DNA of 64,000 nt, from assembly GCF_035084215.1 (NCBI RefSeq), contig NC_090334.1, forward strand, positions 44,578,001 to 44,642,000, given 5' to 3'. The stretch's first letter is position 1. The number at the start of each line of letters is the position of its first letter. The position numbers and the translations under genes were made by a program. The notes beneath the pieces were generated by a model that had not been told where the DNA came from, ran no database searches, and worked only from the letters and a program-made list of their open reading frames with translations. This document shows positions 48,833-62,019 of the stretch, piece by piece. This DNA is from Heptranchias perlo. Taxonomy: Eukaryota.

Positions 48833-50449
48833 ACATGTTTGAGAACCTGATTTTTATTTAGCAAACTATATGAATTTCAAATAATTACATAACAACAAAT
48901 CTGATCATTTTAAATTGGTCTGCAAATCCCTCTCTATTACAGGGGAGGAAAGTAATTGGGCTATGTGGAAAATGAGACCATGTTCAGTATATGCTTTTGT
49001 GATGTTTTTAGATGTATATGTAAGCAGCTCAGTGTTTCACTGGTGAGGTGCACTTATTTACAGTGATGGCCATACTTGTTTATTTAAAACAGTCTGCCCC
49101 TTCAGGAATATTTGATATAGTTTTGAGATAAAATGCAATCTAATTTATAATTCAATTGGTTGTACGTGCTGTGGCCCCATGTAAGAAAGCCTCACTTTAC
49201 ATGGGTTAACATGTGATGAAGGGTGATTTCTAATTGCAAGTAAACCCTTCATTTTTCCTCAATCAGATCTCCTTTCTGAACTACCCAGTGTGATTGTGCT
49301 TTTATGCCCAGGATGCCTGCATCAAAACTAACCTTTTATGTTGGGACAAGTTGATCGCACCTGCAACTTGAAAACCCCATTGATTACTTTTGTTTGCAAT
49401 TTTTTTCCAGGAATAAATTATTGCAGTAATAATAATAGAATAGTACTGCTTCAAAAGGTGGAGTGGGGTTGATTTCAGTAATTATACTGGCTTCGTGATC
49501 TAGTTCTAGGATCCACCTCTCAGAATTTTATCAACATCTAAACAAGCCAACCTTGATGTGATATTTTAATCAGAGCTGGTTACAAGTTTTATATTTTCTC
49601 ATTGTAATTTGAGGACCATATTGAGAGCAAATAGTTCACTGTAAAGATTTTTTTAACTTTGTACTTCTAATCTTCAGATGAGTTAATAATCAGGTGGGCT
49701 TTGTTAATTTTCCTTTTTTTTGTTTGAGGTGTACATGATGTGTCAAGTAGAAATTTGGACTTGTAGTTTTAAGCCATCCATCCACTATATTGTACCCTAG
49801 GACAGAACATAACTCAAGTCTCACACATAAAATTCTTGAGCCACTTATTAGGAAAGAATAGCTGAGGTGGTTTCCTGTTGCCTTCCTCTCGGTTTTTATC
49901 TTCGAAGTACCTTCTCCTAGGTGGGCTGCAACCATGGCCAAAGAGCCCCACCTACCCTTTACGATCGGGGAGAGGGGTCACCTGCACCCATTGTACTCAA
50001 GTGCCCCTGCTTGACGTCACCCAGTATACAGAACCGGTAGTCTGGTTTCCACTCGCCAGCGCTGTCTGGAATGGGGCCCGAACCGAACCCTTTTGACTCA
50101 GACAGGAATACTACCACTGAGCCAGTGGTCACTCTAATTTTGGGTACCTGATTATACATTGTGACTTTTAAACATCAGAGGCAAATTTTAATGCAACTTA
50201 TGGTAGAAAATATCAGTAAGGACACTAGAGCTTAATGAAATCCTGACAGTATTTTAGTAGTCTGGTCATCTCCTGCAGCTCCTTAGTACACAGAGCTGTT
50301 AAGACAACCCTTCGCCTGCTAGAATAAAGAAGTCTATGTTTTTTACAAATGTGGTGAATTTTAATGCTTTGCAATTATGCCAAAGGTATATGTGTCCATT
50401 TTTTTTTGGTTAGATAATTATGCCTTTGTCAGAACAAACTACATACACT

Positions 50450-53400
50450 CCTGGATGATGAGACAGAGAGGGACTGGGTGACCTCTACACAGACAAGGAC
50501 GACCAGGCAGGTAGTGCAGGAGTCCCCTGAGTGCATCACGCTTTCTAACCAGTGAATACTGGTGAGGGAGAGGTTTCCTCTGTGGAGTGCAGCCAGACCT
50601 AAGTCCACAGCACCATGGATAGCTCAGCTGTACGGTGGGGGAGGAGAAAGGTCAGGAGAGCAATAGTGATAGGGGACTCTATAGTTAGGGGAGCAGACAG
50701 GCGTTTCTGTGGCTGCAGACTTGATTCCAAGATGGTATGTTGTCTCCCTGGTGCCAGGGTCAAGGATGTCACTGAGCAGCTGCAGAACATTCTGGGGGGG
50801 GGGGAGGGTGAACAGCCAGAGGTCATGGTCCGTATTGGTAGCAACGACATAGGGAGAAAGAGGGATGAGGTCTTGCAGGCAGATTTTAAGGAGTTAGAAA
50901 AGAGGTTAAGAAGCAGGACCTCAAAGGTAGTAATCTCCGGATTATTCGCGGTGCCCCGCGCTTCTGAGTATAGAAATAGAAGGATAGAGCAGATGAATGC
51001 GTGGCTGGAGAGATGGTTGCAGGAGGGAGGGCTTTAGATTCATGGAGCACTGGGACCAGCTCTGGGGAAGGTGGGACCTGTATAGGCCGGACGGGTTGCA
51101 CCTCAATGGAGCTGGGACCAATGGAGCGGGGAGGTTCACTAGTGCTGTGGGGGAGGGTTTAAACTAATTTGGAGGGGGATGAACACCAGGATGTAGCAAA
51201 GGAAAGGAGAAACAAGAGGCACAAAGGATCGGGGGAGAAAAATAGCACTAAAGCAAGTAATAGAACAGTATTAGGTGGGATCAGACTAAGAGAGAATACG
51301 AGAAGGTCTAGGATTGGTTTAGAGTGCATGTGTGTAAACGCACGAAGCGTGGTAAACAAGATTGGTGAGCTGCAGGCACAAGTAGCCACGTGGGAATATG
51401 ATGTCGTGGCAATAACGGAGACCTGGCTCAAAAAAGGGCAGGATTGGGTACTAAATATTCCTGGATACAAAGTGTTCAGGAAAGATAGGGAAGGAAAGAA
51501 AGGAGGGGGTTGGTGGCAGTATTGATTAAGGAGAATATTGCAGTACTGGAGAGAGAGGATGTCCTGGAGGGGTCAAGGACAGAATCTGTTTGGTTAGAGT
51601 TAAGAAATAAAAGAGGTGCCATTACACTACTGGGTGTATCCTATAGGCCACCAACTAGTGGGAATGATACAGAGGAGCAAATTTGCAGTGAAATTACAGA
51701 GAGGTGCAAAAGCTGTAGAGTAATGATAACTGGGGACTTCAATTATCCTAATATAGACAGGAATACCAATAATAATATAAGGGGTACAGAGGGGGAGGAA
51801 TTTTTTTAATGTGTCCAGGATAACTTTCTTAACCAGTATGTTTCCGTCCCAATGAGGAAGGAGGCATTGCTGAACTTGGTTCTAGGGAATGAGGTGGGCC
51901 AAGTGGAGCAAGTGTCAGTGGGAGAGCATTTAAGGAGCAGCGATCATAGTATCATAAGGTTTAGAATAGCTATGGAAAAGGACACGGACAACTCTAAAGT
52001 AAAAATACTCAATTGGAGGAGGGCCAATTTTAAGGGGATGAGAACGGATCTGGCCCGGGTAAATTGGAATCAAAGATTGGCAGGCAAAACTGTCATTGAA
52101 TAGTGGGCGGCCTTTAAGGGGGAGATGGTTCGGGTACAGTCTAGGCACATTCCCACAAAGCCGAAAGGTAGGGCAACGAAAGCTTCCTGGATGACAAAAG
52201 AGATTGTGAGTAAGATGAAAGGGAAAAAGGGGCGTATGACAGATGTCAGGTTGATAACACATGTGAGAACCAGGCAGAATATAGAAAGTTCAGAGGGGAA
52301 GTGAAAAAGGAAATAAGAGGGGCAAAGAGGGAATATGAGAATAGATTGGCGGCCAACATAAAAGGGAAACCAAAAGTCTTCTACAGGCATGTAAACAGTA
52401 AACAAGTAGTAAGAGGAAGGGTGGGGCCGATTAGGGATCATAAAGGAGATCTACTCATGGAGGCAGAGGGGATGGCTGAGGTACTAAATGAGTACTTTGC
52501 ATCTGTCTTAACCAAGGAAGAAGATGCTGCCACAGTCTCAGTAAAGGAAGATATAGTTGAGATACTGGATGAGTTAAAAATTGATAAAGAAGATGTACTT
52601 GAAAGACTAGCTGTACTTAAAGTAGATAAGTCGCCCAGCCCGGATGGGGGAAGTAAGGGTGGAAATTGTGGAGGTACTGGCCATAATTTTCTAAACATCC
52701 GTAGATATGGGGGTGGTGCCAGAGGACTGGAGAATTGCAAATGTTACACCCTTGTTCAAGGAAGGGTGTAAGGATAAACCCAGCAACTATAGGCCAATCA
52801 ATTTAACCTCAGTGGTGGGGAGAATTTTAGAACCGATAATCCGGGACAGAATTAACAGTCACTTGGACCAGCGTGGATTGATTAGGGAAAGCCAGCATGG
52901 ATTAGTTAAAGGTAAATCGAGTTTAACTAACCTGATAGAGTTTTCTGATGAGGTAACAGAAAGCGTAGATGAGGGCAATGCAGTTGATGTGGTGTATATA
53001 GACTTTCAAAAGGCATTTGATAAAGTGCCGCACAGGTAGGCTTATCATCAAGATTGCGGCCCATGGAATAAAAGGGGCAGTAGCAACATTGATACAGAAG
53101 TGGCTAACGGACAGGAAACAGAGAGTAGTGGTGAATGGTTGTTTTTCGGACTGGAGGGAGGTGTACAGTGGTGTTCCCCAGGGATCAGTGCTGGGACCAC
53201 TGCTTTACTTGATATATATATTATTGACTTGGACTTGGGTGTACAGGGCACAATTTCCAAATTTGCAGATGACACAAAACTTAGAAGGGTAGTAAACAGT
53301 GAGGAGGATAGTGAGAGACTTGAAGAGGATATAGACAGGCTGGTGGCATGGGCGGACACGTGGCAGATGAAATTTAATGCAGAAAAATGTGAAGAGTAGG

Positions 53401-54152
53401 AAGAACGAGGAGAGGCAATGTAAACTAGAGGGCACAGCTCTAAAAGGGGTACAGGAACAGAGAGATCTGGGGGTAAATGTGCACAAATCATTGAAGGTGG
53501 CAGGGCAGGTTGAGAAAGTGGTTAAAAAAGCATACAGGACCCTGGGCTTTATAAATAGAGGCATAGAGTACAAAAGTATGGAAGTCATGATGAGCCTTTA
53601 TAAAACACTGGTTCGACCACAACCGGAGTATTGTGTCCAGTTCAGGGCACCGCACTTCAGGAAAGATGTGAAGGCCTTAGAGAGGGTGCAGAAGAGATTT
53701 ACTAGAATATTCCAGGGATGAGGGACTTTAGTTACATGGATAGACTGGAGAAGCTGGGGTTGTTCTCCTTGGAACAGAGACGGTTGTGAGGAGAAATCAT
53801 GAAGGGTCTAGACAAAGTAGATAGAGAGAAACTGTTCCCATTGGCGGAAGGGTCAAGGACCAGAGGACATAGATTTAAGGTGATTGGCAAAAGAACCAAA
53901 GGTGACATGAGGAAAGACTTTTTACACAGCGAGTGGTTAGGATCTGGAATGCACTGCTCGATGGAGTGGTGGAGGCAGATTTAATCATGGCCTTCAAAAA
54001 GGAACTGGATAAGTACTTGAAAGGAAAAAATTTGCAGGGCTACAGGGAAAGGGCGGGGGAGTGGGACTAGCCGGCTTGTTCTTGCATAGAGCCAGCGCGG
54101 ACTCGATGGGCCAAATGGCCTCCTTCCGTTCTGTAGCCTTTCTAGAATTCTC
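50450..54152 (+). mobile_element. CR1 LINE, ORF1 through 3' tail, with stops and frameshifts
   Basis: IVIGDSIVRG (SGNH-like), CVNARSVVNK, ITGDFNYPNID, YIDFQKAFDKVPH, KFADDTK. Confidence 0.92.
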
Positions 54153-54544
54153 TGTAATTTTGGGTCTTAATTTGTAGTCATCTTGAGTTTTTATGCTTGG
54201 GTTTTCCTGGATTTGTTTTTGTAACTTTAAATTTGTAAAGGGCTTTCACTCATCCTATGAGTCATTCTATGAGTAATAATATTGGCATCAGATTTCACAA
54301 TCATTTTGTGAGCAGGAAGGGATGCTTTCATTTACAAGAAAAAACATGTTTTGCAATGTAGGGGTTTCTGAATCTTCACATAGGAACTTTTTTTTTATTC
54401 GTTCATGGGATGTGGGCGTCGCCGCACATATTCTTTTTTTCTCCTGCTCTTCTTTCTTGCTTGCTGTCTCACTATCTTGCTCTCTGCTATGCATGCATCA
54501 CTTTTTTTCCCTGCGCGAGAGAGAGCAATAGTGCATGAGAGAAT

Positions 54545-55866
54545 CTGTTATTAGGGACAGACTGACTGAGCACTTGGACAAATATGAACTGATCAGAGAG
54601 AGAGTCAGCATGGCTTTGTAAAGGATAAGTCATGTCTAACGATCCTAGTTGAATTTTTTGAGGAGGTAACTAATGTGATAGATAAGGGAGTGTCTATGGA
54701 TGTTATTTATTTGGATTTCTAGAAGGCACTCGATAAGGTTCCACATAAGAGACTGTTAACAAAAATGAGACCGCGTGGAATTGGAGGCAGCCTATTGACA
54801 TTGGTAAGGAATTGGTTAGGAGGTAGGAGATAGAGAACAGGGATAATGGGTATGTACTCAAATTGGCAGGATGTGACTAGTGGTGTCTCCCAGGGATCTG
54901 TGCTGGGGCTTCAGCTTTTCACTATATTTATAAATGACTTGGATGAAGGAATAGAGAGCCGAATATCCAAGTTTGCTGACGATACTAAGTTAGGTGGTAC
55001 AGAAAACAGTGTAGATGGGAGCAGAAAGTGGCAAAGGGACATTGATAGATTAGGTTAATGGGCAAAACTGTGGCAGATGGAGTTCAATGTGGGGAAGTGT
55101 GAGGCCATCCACTGTGAACCTAAGAAAGATAGATCAGAGTATTTCTAAATGGCATGAAGTTCAGAACTATGGAGGAGCAGAGAGATTTAGGGGTCCAAGT
55201 ACAGAAATTACTAAAAGCTAGTGGACAGGTACAGAAAATAATTTAAGAGGCTAATGGAATGTTGGCTTATCTCTCAAGGGGGCTGGAATACCCAAAAGGG
55301 ATGGAAGTTATGTTATAGTTATATAAAGCTCTGGTTAGACTGCATCTGGTGTGCTGCGTTCAGTTCTGGGCACCGCACCTCAGGAAGGATATATTTGGTT
55401 TTAGAGGAGGTGCAGCACAGATTCACCAGAATGGTAACGGGGCTAAAAGGGCTAAATTATGAGGACTAGGCTTGTATTCCTTTGAGAATAGAAGGTTAAG
55501 GAATGATCTAATTGAAATGTTTAAGATGATTAAAGGAGTTGATAGGGTAGATAGAGAGAAACTATTCCCTCTGGTGGGGGAGCCCACCACAAGGAGGCAT
55601 AACCTTAAAATTAGAGCTAGGCCGTTCAGGGGTGATGGTAGGAAGCACTTCTTCACACATAGGGTAGAGGAAATCTGGAACTCTCTCCTCAAAAAAACTG
55701 TTGAGGCTTGATTTCAGAGCTGAGATCGATAGATTTTTGTTAGGCCAGGGTATTAAAGGTTACCGAACCAAGGTGGGTAGACGGAGTAAAGATATAGATC
55801 AGTCATGATCCAATTGAAAGGCAGAACAGGCTAGAGGGGCTGAATGGCCTACACCTGTTCCTATGA
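54545..55866 (+). mobile_element. CR1 RT-to-tail fragment
   Basis: GVSQGSVLGLQLFTIFINDLDEG..KFADDTK; tail aatggcctacacctgttcctatg. Confidence 0.88.
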
Positions 55867-55879
55867 GAGCGAGCATGCA

Positions 55880-56240
55880 AACGTTGTTTCTGTGTCTCTG
55901 CATCTGATTTTCCGCATGTGCTTTCTCACTCTCTTGTCTCTCTGCTCTCTTGCTCTCTGTCACTTTATTTCACATGTGCCCACTTTCTCTCGCTTTCTTT
56001 CTCTATCTTCCTCTTTTGTGTGTGCAATTTCACGTTCTCTCTCTGGCGCACTCTTGCACATGTTCATTCGTTCATCCTCTCTGACTCCCAATGTCTTTCT
56101 CTCATGCTCACTTGCTCTCAAATGCATAGTTGCTTTCTTTCTCGCGCTCTATCTCATGCTTTGGCATTCGCAATCTCTGCACGGACTCGCTCTTTGCACA
56201 CATGCTCTTCTCGCGCTCTCAAGCATGCTGTGCTGCGCTC
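55880..56240. repeat. TC/TG-rich low-complexity tract followed by a SINE tail (56240-56350)
   Basis: Degenerate (CT)n/(CTCG)n; tail matches 14118-14222. Confidence 0.7.
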
Positions 56241-56671
56241 TCCCTACATTACAACAGTGACTACACTTCGACAAGTACATCATTGGTTGTAAAGCACTTT
56301 GGGATGTCCTGAGGTCATGAAAGGCGCGATATAAATGCAAGTCTTCTTTTCCCCTCTCACGCATGTACTGAGCTCTCCCTCTTGCACGCACACTCTCTTG
56401 TGCTTTTCTTCCATCTTATTTTTTTTGCAAATATTTTCTCCTCTCCTCGCCTCGGCTCTTCCTCTTCCAATGAAAGCATTGATTCCTTGCTGCGGTACAG
56501 TTCCATAGATGATAGATGGCCTCCGCTACCTTCCCCAAGTGGAGGTCAATTTGCAATCCCTTGGTGTCATCCCAGCAAATGTAAGATAACTCAGCACACG
56601 CCTAGGATCTTCCTGGTGTTTATGGCTGGTGTTTACTCACTGCCTTAACCAGCTGAACCATTGTGGGGGCC

Positions 56672-57962
56672 TCACTAGGTTGTGTTCTTTCACTTCAACA
56701 TGACTTGTTTTCAGATTGTGAGGTAAGCACAGAAATTGACATCTATTAAGAAAATATTCAAACATTTTGATGAACTGGAGAGAAAATATAAAGTAGAAGT
56801 TTGTGTGTTTTGGAGTAAGACTGTAGAGCAGTGCAGGAAAATGTGTACCGTTTTGTTTTCACCCAGTTCTACACAATGATGTGTTTGTTTAATATCCTTC
56901 ATTTAGTTTTTCCTCACTTCACAATAGTGTTGATAAGCTACTCTCATTGATTTGTTATATTAGTTTTTTCTGTCACCGGGGTGTACACTGAGATGTTTGC
57001 AGCAATTCAGACAGTTGCCATATCAACACATTGTCTTTTTGTGATGCAGTTCCTGAAAATAACCGGTAAAGTAAAATTTAATCTCAATTTCTTGAAAGGT
57101 GTGGTGTCATCATGTTTGCTGTTTCATACCCACAGATGATTGAAATTCTGCTCGTCAAAAGGATATGTTGCAGAAATTGTGTGTCATGTTATATATTTCC
57201 TAGCAGAGCCTGCAATTGTTTTGTTGGCCATTGCTAAAGATGATGTCCTGTAGTGACAATTGATATATCTTTTCACCATTAGCTGTGAGAAAGCGCCTTT
57301 CATGACCTCAGTTCCTTCTTTTAAATCAAAAAGATAAAATATAGATGATTTATTTTGCCACCTAACCACTAACTGAAAACATTGTAAGAAACTTGTTCCT
57401 TTTAATTCCAACTAATTCACATTTAAAAAGAATCAATCAATCCTACATAATTGCTTCATGTAATACTGTATTGTGATGCTTCTAGCCATACAGAAGCGTT
57501 CTTTCCTGTCTTGACTAAATCTGGAAATAAAAAGCTGGTACCAGTAAAAGTGACCATGAAACTGTTGGATTGTTGTAAAAACCCAAATGTCCTTTAAGGG
57601 AAGGAAACCTGCCGTCCTTACCTGGTCTGGCTTATATGTGACTCTAGTCCCACACCAACATGGTTGACTCTTAACTCCCCCTGAAGTGCTCTAGGAAGCC
57701 ACTTAGTTGTATCAAACCATTACTAGCGGGTTAAGAAGACAGACCACCACCACTTTCTCAGGGCAACTATGGAAGGGCAATAAATGCCAGCCTTGCCAGT
57801 GATGACCACATCCTGAGAATTAATTTTTAAAAAATATACATTTAAAATTGCATAAATAAGAACACGATGAGTTGTGGGATGAGAGTTTCCATTCACTAGG
57901 TTGTGTTCTTTCACTTCAACATGACTTGTTTTCAGATTGTGAGGTAAGCACAGAAATTGACA
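56672..57962 (+). repeat. Exact 70-bp direct repeat (56672-56741 and 57893-57962)
   Basis: tcactaggttgtgttctttcacttcaacatgacttgttttcagattgtgaggtaagcacagaaattgaca occurs twice. Confidence 0.95.
57520..57825 (+). mobile_element. SINE body with a tail shared with the 43026-family LINE
   Basis: Tail caccaccactttctcagggcaactatggaagggcaataaatgccagccttgccag matches 43705-43760. Confidence 0.7.
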
Positions 57963-58129
57963 AATGTATAACTGTAACCCAGAGCCATGCTCAATCATCG
58001 AGCAGCCAGTTGTAGGGCAACATAGGCTGATGTCTTGGAGCAGGCTTCCAGTCCAGGGTGAATACCTGGGTGAAAAATTTGAGGCTTTGGGAGACCAGAA
58101 GCCGATGTGGATCAGCAAGGAAAGGGATA

Positions 58130-58625
58130 ATGGTCAAGCAGGGCTTGATGCGGGATAAGATAATGGCAGCAGAGTTTTGGATGAGTTGAAGTTTATGGAG
58201 GGTGGGAGATGAAAGATGGCAGGCCAGAAAGGACAGTGTTGGAATAATTAAGTTTGGAGGTGACAAAAGGCATGGATGAGGGTTTCAGTGGCAGATAGGA
58301 TGCGATAGGGGAAGAGGCGGGGGATGCTTGAGTGCAAGCATCCAGTCTTTGTGATGGAGAGGATATGGGGGCAGAAGGTCAGCTTGGGGTCAAATAGAAT
58401 GCTGAAGTTGCAAACAGCCAAATTCAGTCTGAGCCAGTAGCTGGGGAGTGGGGTGGATTTGGTGACAAGGGAATGGAGTTTGTGGTGGGGGCTGAAGATG
58501 ATGGCTTCATTCTTCCCAGTTTTTAGCTGGAGAAAATTACGGTTAGTGGATAAGTAGTTTGACAGCAGAGGGGTTGAGAGAAGTGATGGAGAAATAGAGC
58601 TGGATGATATGGTGTACGTGCAAGC
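58130..58625 (-). mobile_element. Old L2 fragment
   Basis: LHKLQLIQNSAA on the minus strand; homologous to 38680-39100. Confidence 0.7.
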
Positions 58626-58699
58626 TAAAGTTCCCTTCAGGTTGTCCCAATGATAGTAGTTAATCCTGAACTCAGAAGGTCTACCAGTACAGCACCAAT

Positions 58700-58862
58700 A
58701 GAAAGATAGATAGATTTTTGGACTCGAGGGGAATCAAGGAACCTCGGGATGGGACAGGAAAGTGGAGTTGAGATTAAAGATCAGCCATGATCTGATTGAT
58801 TGGCGGAACAGGCTCGAGGGGCCATATGGCCTATTCCTGTTCCTATTTCTTATGTTCTTATG
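58700..58862 (+). mobile_element. CR1 3' tail
   Basis: ggctcgaggggccatatggcctattcctgttcctatttcttatgttcttatg. Confidence 0.85.
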
Positions 58863-59796
58863 AATTTTTCATTTCCCATTTTCCAAACCAGACGTCCTTG
58901 TGGGAATTTGAGTGAGATTGCTAACTTTGTGTGAATTCTTGTCAGTACCTGTGCAGTAGATGCATAGCTATTAGGAACTAATTTAAGAACGGAGTTGAGA
59001 CTGCCTACACTTTTTCATTTGAGGACTCTTGCACTGACCAAGGAGAATTCCATTCTGTTAGTCTTATCTATATTTGAACACCTGTCTCAAAGCAAAAGTG
59101 AATTGCTAGCCCACTGCAGCACCAGCCTTGTGATCTTCAATCTCAACTCCACTTTCCTGTCCCATCCCCAGATTCCTTGATTCCTCTGGAGCTTCACCCT
59201 AAATTATGCTAATTTGGTTCTTATTTTTAGGAGCTGAATACCCTGTCATAAGAGGTTTGAAGTTCTAACTTAACACAGTGGAAACTAGTAGGAAGGTGCT
59301 TTGGTTCCCCACTCCATTAATGTAGTTACAATTTTGACATGATTTGAATGTGGGGTAGACAGAGTACAAAAATGTCAAAGCAATCTTTTTACATCCTCAC
59401 TGGCAGAGAAATTTTGAGTATTAGATGTCTTCCAGTGATTATAAGGAAGGAAACCTCAGACTTAAATATCCAGATCTATCAATGGTTTTGTTTGCTTTAT
59501 TAGTAATGCATTGTTGCTAGTCTTTGTCAAAAGTATAATCATTTTTGTAGGTTTTAAGCAATCACAAGTAAAGCTTTTCCTAAATGTAGTCTTATTGTAG
59601 CAATCTTGCAAACATTTTCATGTTTTAGCTGTTTGCTATATTGAGACTCGCATTAGGGTAAAATTAATGGTTACAAATGTAATTGTTTCTTTAGCGACAA
59701 ATAAGAATGTTTTTGCTGTTCACATCGAGGCATTGAAAATTCAAATGTAAGGAATCTTACAACACCAGGTTATAGTCCAACAATTTTATTTTAAAA

Positions 59797-59833
59797 TCAC
59801 AAGCTTTCGGAGATTATCCCCTTCATCAGGTGA
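59797..59833 (-). ncRNA. Minimal type I hammerhead ribozyme motif (inverted arm)
   Basis: Minus strand TCAC-CTGATGA-A-GGGGA-TAA-TCTCC-GAAA-GCTT-GTGA. Confidence 0.75.
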
Positions 59834-60884
59834 GTGAGTGAATGAGAGGTTCTCAAATCGCATATCTTATATTAGGCTGGGACACCATCACACCAAGCAA
59901 AAGGTGTCGTTGGTGTTCAGACAGGTTAGCCACGGAAAACAGTAGGTCCCAGTATGCTGAATACACATTGTGTCAAATTACACAGACAGAGAGAAAGAGA
60001 CCCAAAAGGCAGAGAGCGAGAGAGAGAGAGAATATTAAAAACAGATAACTTTTTTTTCCCCTTGCTGGTGGGGTTACGTGTAGCGTGACATGAACCCAAG
60101 ATCCCGGTTGAGGCCGTCCTCATGGGTGCGGAACTTGGCTATCAATTTCTGCTCGACGATTTTGCGTTGTCGTGTGTCTCGAAGGCCGCCTTGGAGAACG
60201 CTTACCCGAAGATCGGTGGCTGAATGTCCTTGACTGCTAAAGTGTTCCCCGACTGGGAGGGAACCCTCCTGTCTGGCGATTGTTGCGCGGTGTCCGTTCA
60301 TCCGTTGTCGCAGTGTCTGCATGGTCTCGCCAATGTACCATGCTCCGGGGCATCCTTTCCTGCAACGTATGAGGTAGACAACATTGGCCGAGTCACAGGA
60401 GTATGAACCATGTACCTGGTGGGTGGTGTCATCTCGTGTGATGTTGGTATCCGTGTCGATGATCTGGCATGTCTTGCAGAGGTTGCCGTGGCAGGGTTGT
60501 GTGGTGTCGTGGACGCTGTTCTCCTGAAAGCTGGGTAATTTGCTGCGAACGATGGTCTGTTTGAGGTTGGGTGGCTGTTTGAAGGCGAGTAGTGGAGGCG
60601 TGGGGATGGCCTTAGCGAGGTGTTCGTCGTCATCGATGACATGTTGAAGGCTGCGGAGAACGTGGCGTAGTTTCTCCGCTCCGGGGAAGTACTGGACGAC
60701 GAAGGGTACTCTGTTGGTTGCGTCCCGTGTTTGTCTTCTGAGGAGGTCTATGCGATTCTTCGCTGTGGCCCGTCGGAACTGTCGATCGACAAGTCGAGCG
60801 TCATATCCCGTTCTTACGAGGGCGTCTTTCAGCGTCTGTAGGTGTCCATCACGTTCCTCCTCGTTTGAGCAGATCCTGTGTATT

Positions 60885-61742
60885 CACCTCAACCATGTCA
60901 AAGAGGCCATCCCCTATGGACAGGCCTTACGAATACACAGGATCTGCTCAGACGAGGAGGAACGCGATGGACACCTACAGACGCTGAAAGACGCCCTCGT
61001 AAGAACGGGATATGACGCTCGACTTGTCGATCGACAGTTCCGACGGGCCACAGCGAAGAATCGCATAGACCTCCTCAGAAGACAAACACGGGACGCAACC
61101 AACAGAGTACCCTTCGTCGTACAGTACTTCCCCAGAGCGGAGAAACTACGCCATGTTCTCCGCAGCCTTCAACATGTCATCGATGACGACGAACACCTCG
61201 CTAAGGCCATCCCCACGCCTCCACTACTCGCCTTCAAACAGCCACCCAACCTCAAACAGACCATCGTTCGCAGCAAATTACCCAGATTTCAGGAGAACAG
61301 CGTCCACGACACCACACAACCCTGCCACGGCAACCTCTGCAAGACATGCCAGATCATCGACACGGATACCACCATCACACGAGAGGACACCACCCACCAG
61401 GTACATGGTTCATACTCCTGTGACTCGGCCAACGTTGTCTACCTCATACGTTGCAGGAAAGGATGCCCCGGAGCATGGTACATTGGCGAGACCATGCAGA
61501 CACTGCGACAACGGATGAACGGACACCGCGCAACAATCGCCAGACAGGAGGGTTCCCTCCCAGTCGGGGAACACTTTAGCAGTCAAGGACATTCAGCCAC
61601 CGATCTTCGGGTAAGCGTTCTCCAAGGCGGCCTTCGAGACACACGACAACGCAAAATCGTCGAGCAGAAATTGATAGCCAAGTTCCGCACCCATGAGGAC
61701 GGCCTCAACCGGGATCTTGGGTTCATGTCACGCTACACGTAA
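60885..61742 (+). CDS. PLE ORF C-terminal part: RT thumb, Cys-rich linker and GIY-YIG endonuclease (5'-truncated, frame open)
   Basis: KEAIPYGQALRIHRICSD; PCHGNLCKTC; SCDSANVVYLIRCRKGCPGAWYIGETMQTLRQRMNGH; EQKLI..GLNRD. Confidence 0.88.
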   Translation, partial: HLNHVKEAIPYGQALRIHRICSDEEERDGHLQTLKDALVRTGYDARLVDRQFRRATAKNRIDLLRRQTRDATNRVPFVVQYFPRAEKLRHVLRSLQHVIDDDEHLAKAIPTPPLLAFKQPPNLKQTIVRSKLPRFQENSVHDTTQPCHGNLCKTCQIIDTDTTITREDTTHQVHGSYSCDSANVVYLIRCRKGCPGAWYIGETMQTLRQRMNGHRATIARQEGSLPVGEHFSSQGHSATDLRVSVLQGGLRDTRQRKIVEQKLIAKFRTHEDGLNRDLGFMSRYT

Positions 61743-61982
61743 CCCCACCAGCAAGGGGAAAAAAAAGTTATCTGTTTTTAATATTCTCTCTCTCTCTCGC
61801 TCTCTGCCTTTTGGGTCTCTTTCTCTCTGTCTGTGTAATTTGACACAATGTGTATTCAGCATACTGGGACCTACTGTTTTCCGTGGCTAACCTGTCTGAA
61901 CACCAATGACACCTTTTGCTTGGTGTGATGGTGTCCCAGCCTAATATAAGATATGCGATTTGAGAACCTCTTATTCATTCAC

Positions 61983-62019
61983 TCACCTGACGAAGGGGAT
62001 AATCTCCGAAAGCTTGTGA
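61983..62019 (+). ncRNA. Minimal type I hammerhead ribozyme motif in the PLE 3' UTR
   Basis: TCAC-CTGACGA-A-GGGGA-TAA-TCTCC-GAAA-GCTT-GTGA: CUGANGA and GAAA core, stems I and II, palindromic AAGCTT stem III. Confidence 0.75.

Noticed and set aside
50012-50019. Perfect CRE TGACGTCA in GCH1 intron 1
   Set aside because: A single 8-mer inside repeat-like sequence; one such hit in 64 kb is unremarkable
60714-61742. 342-aa ORF as a novel fusion gene
   Set aside because: Its first ~57 codons are the antisense of the inverted arm read through the palindrome axis from a TTG start; only the PLE thumb/GIY-YIG part is real coding sequence
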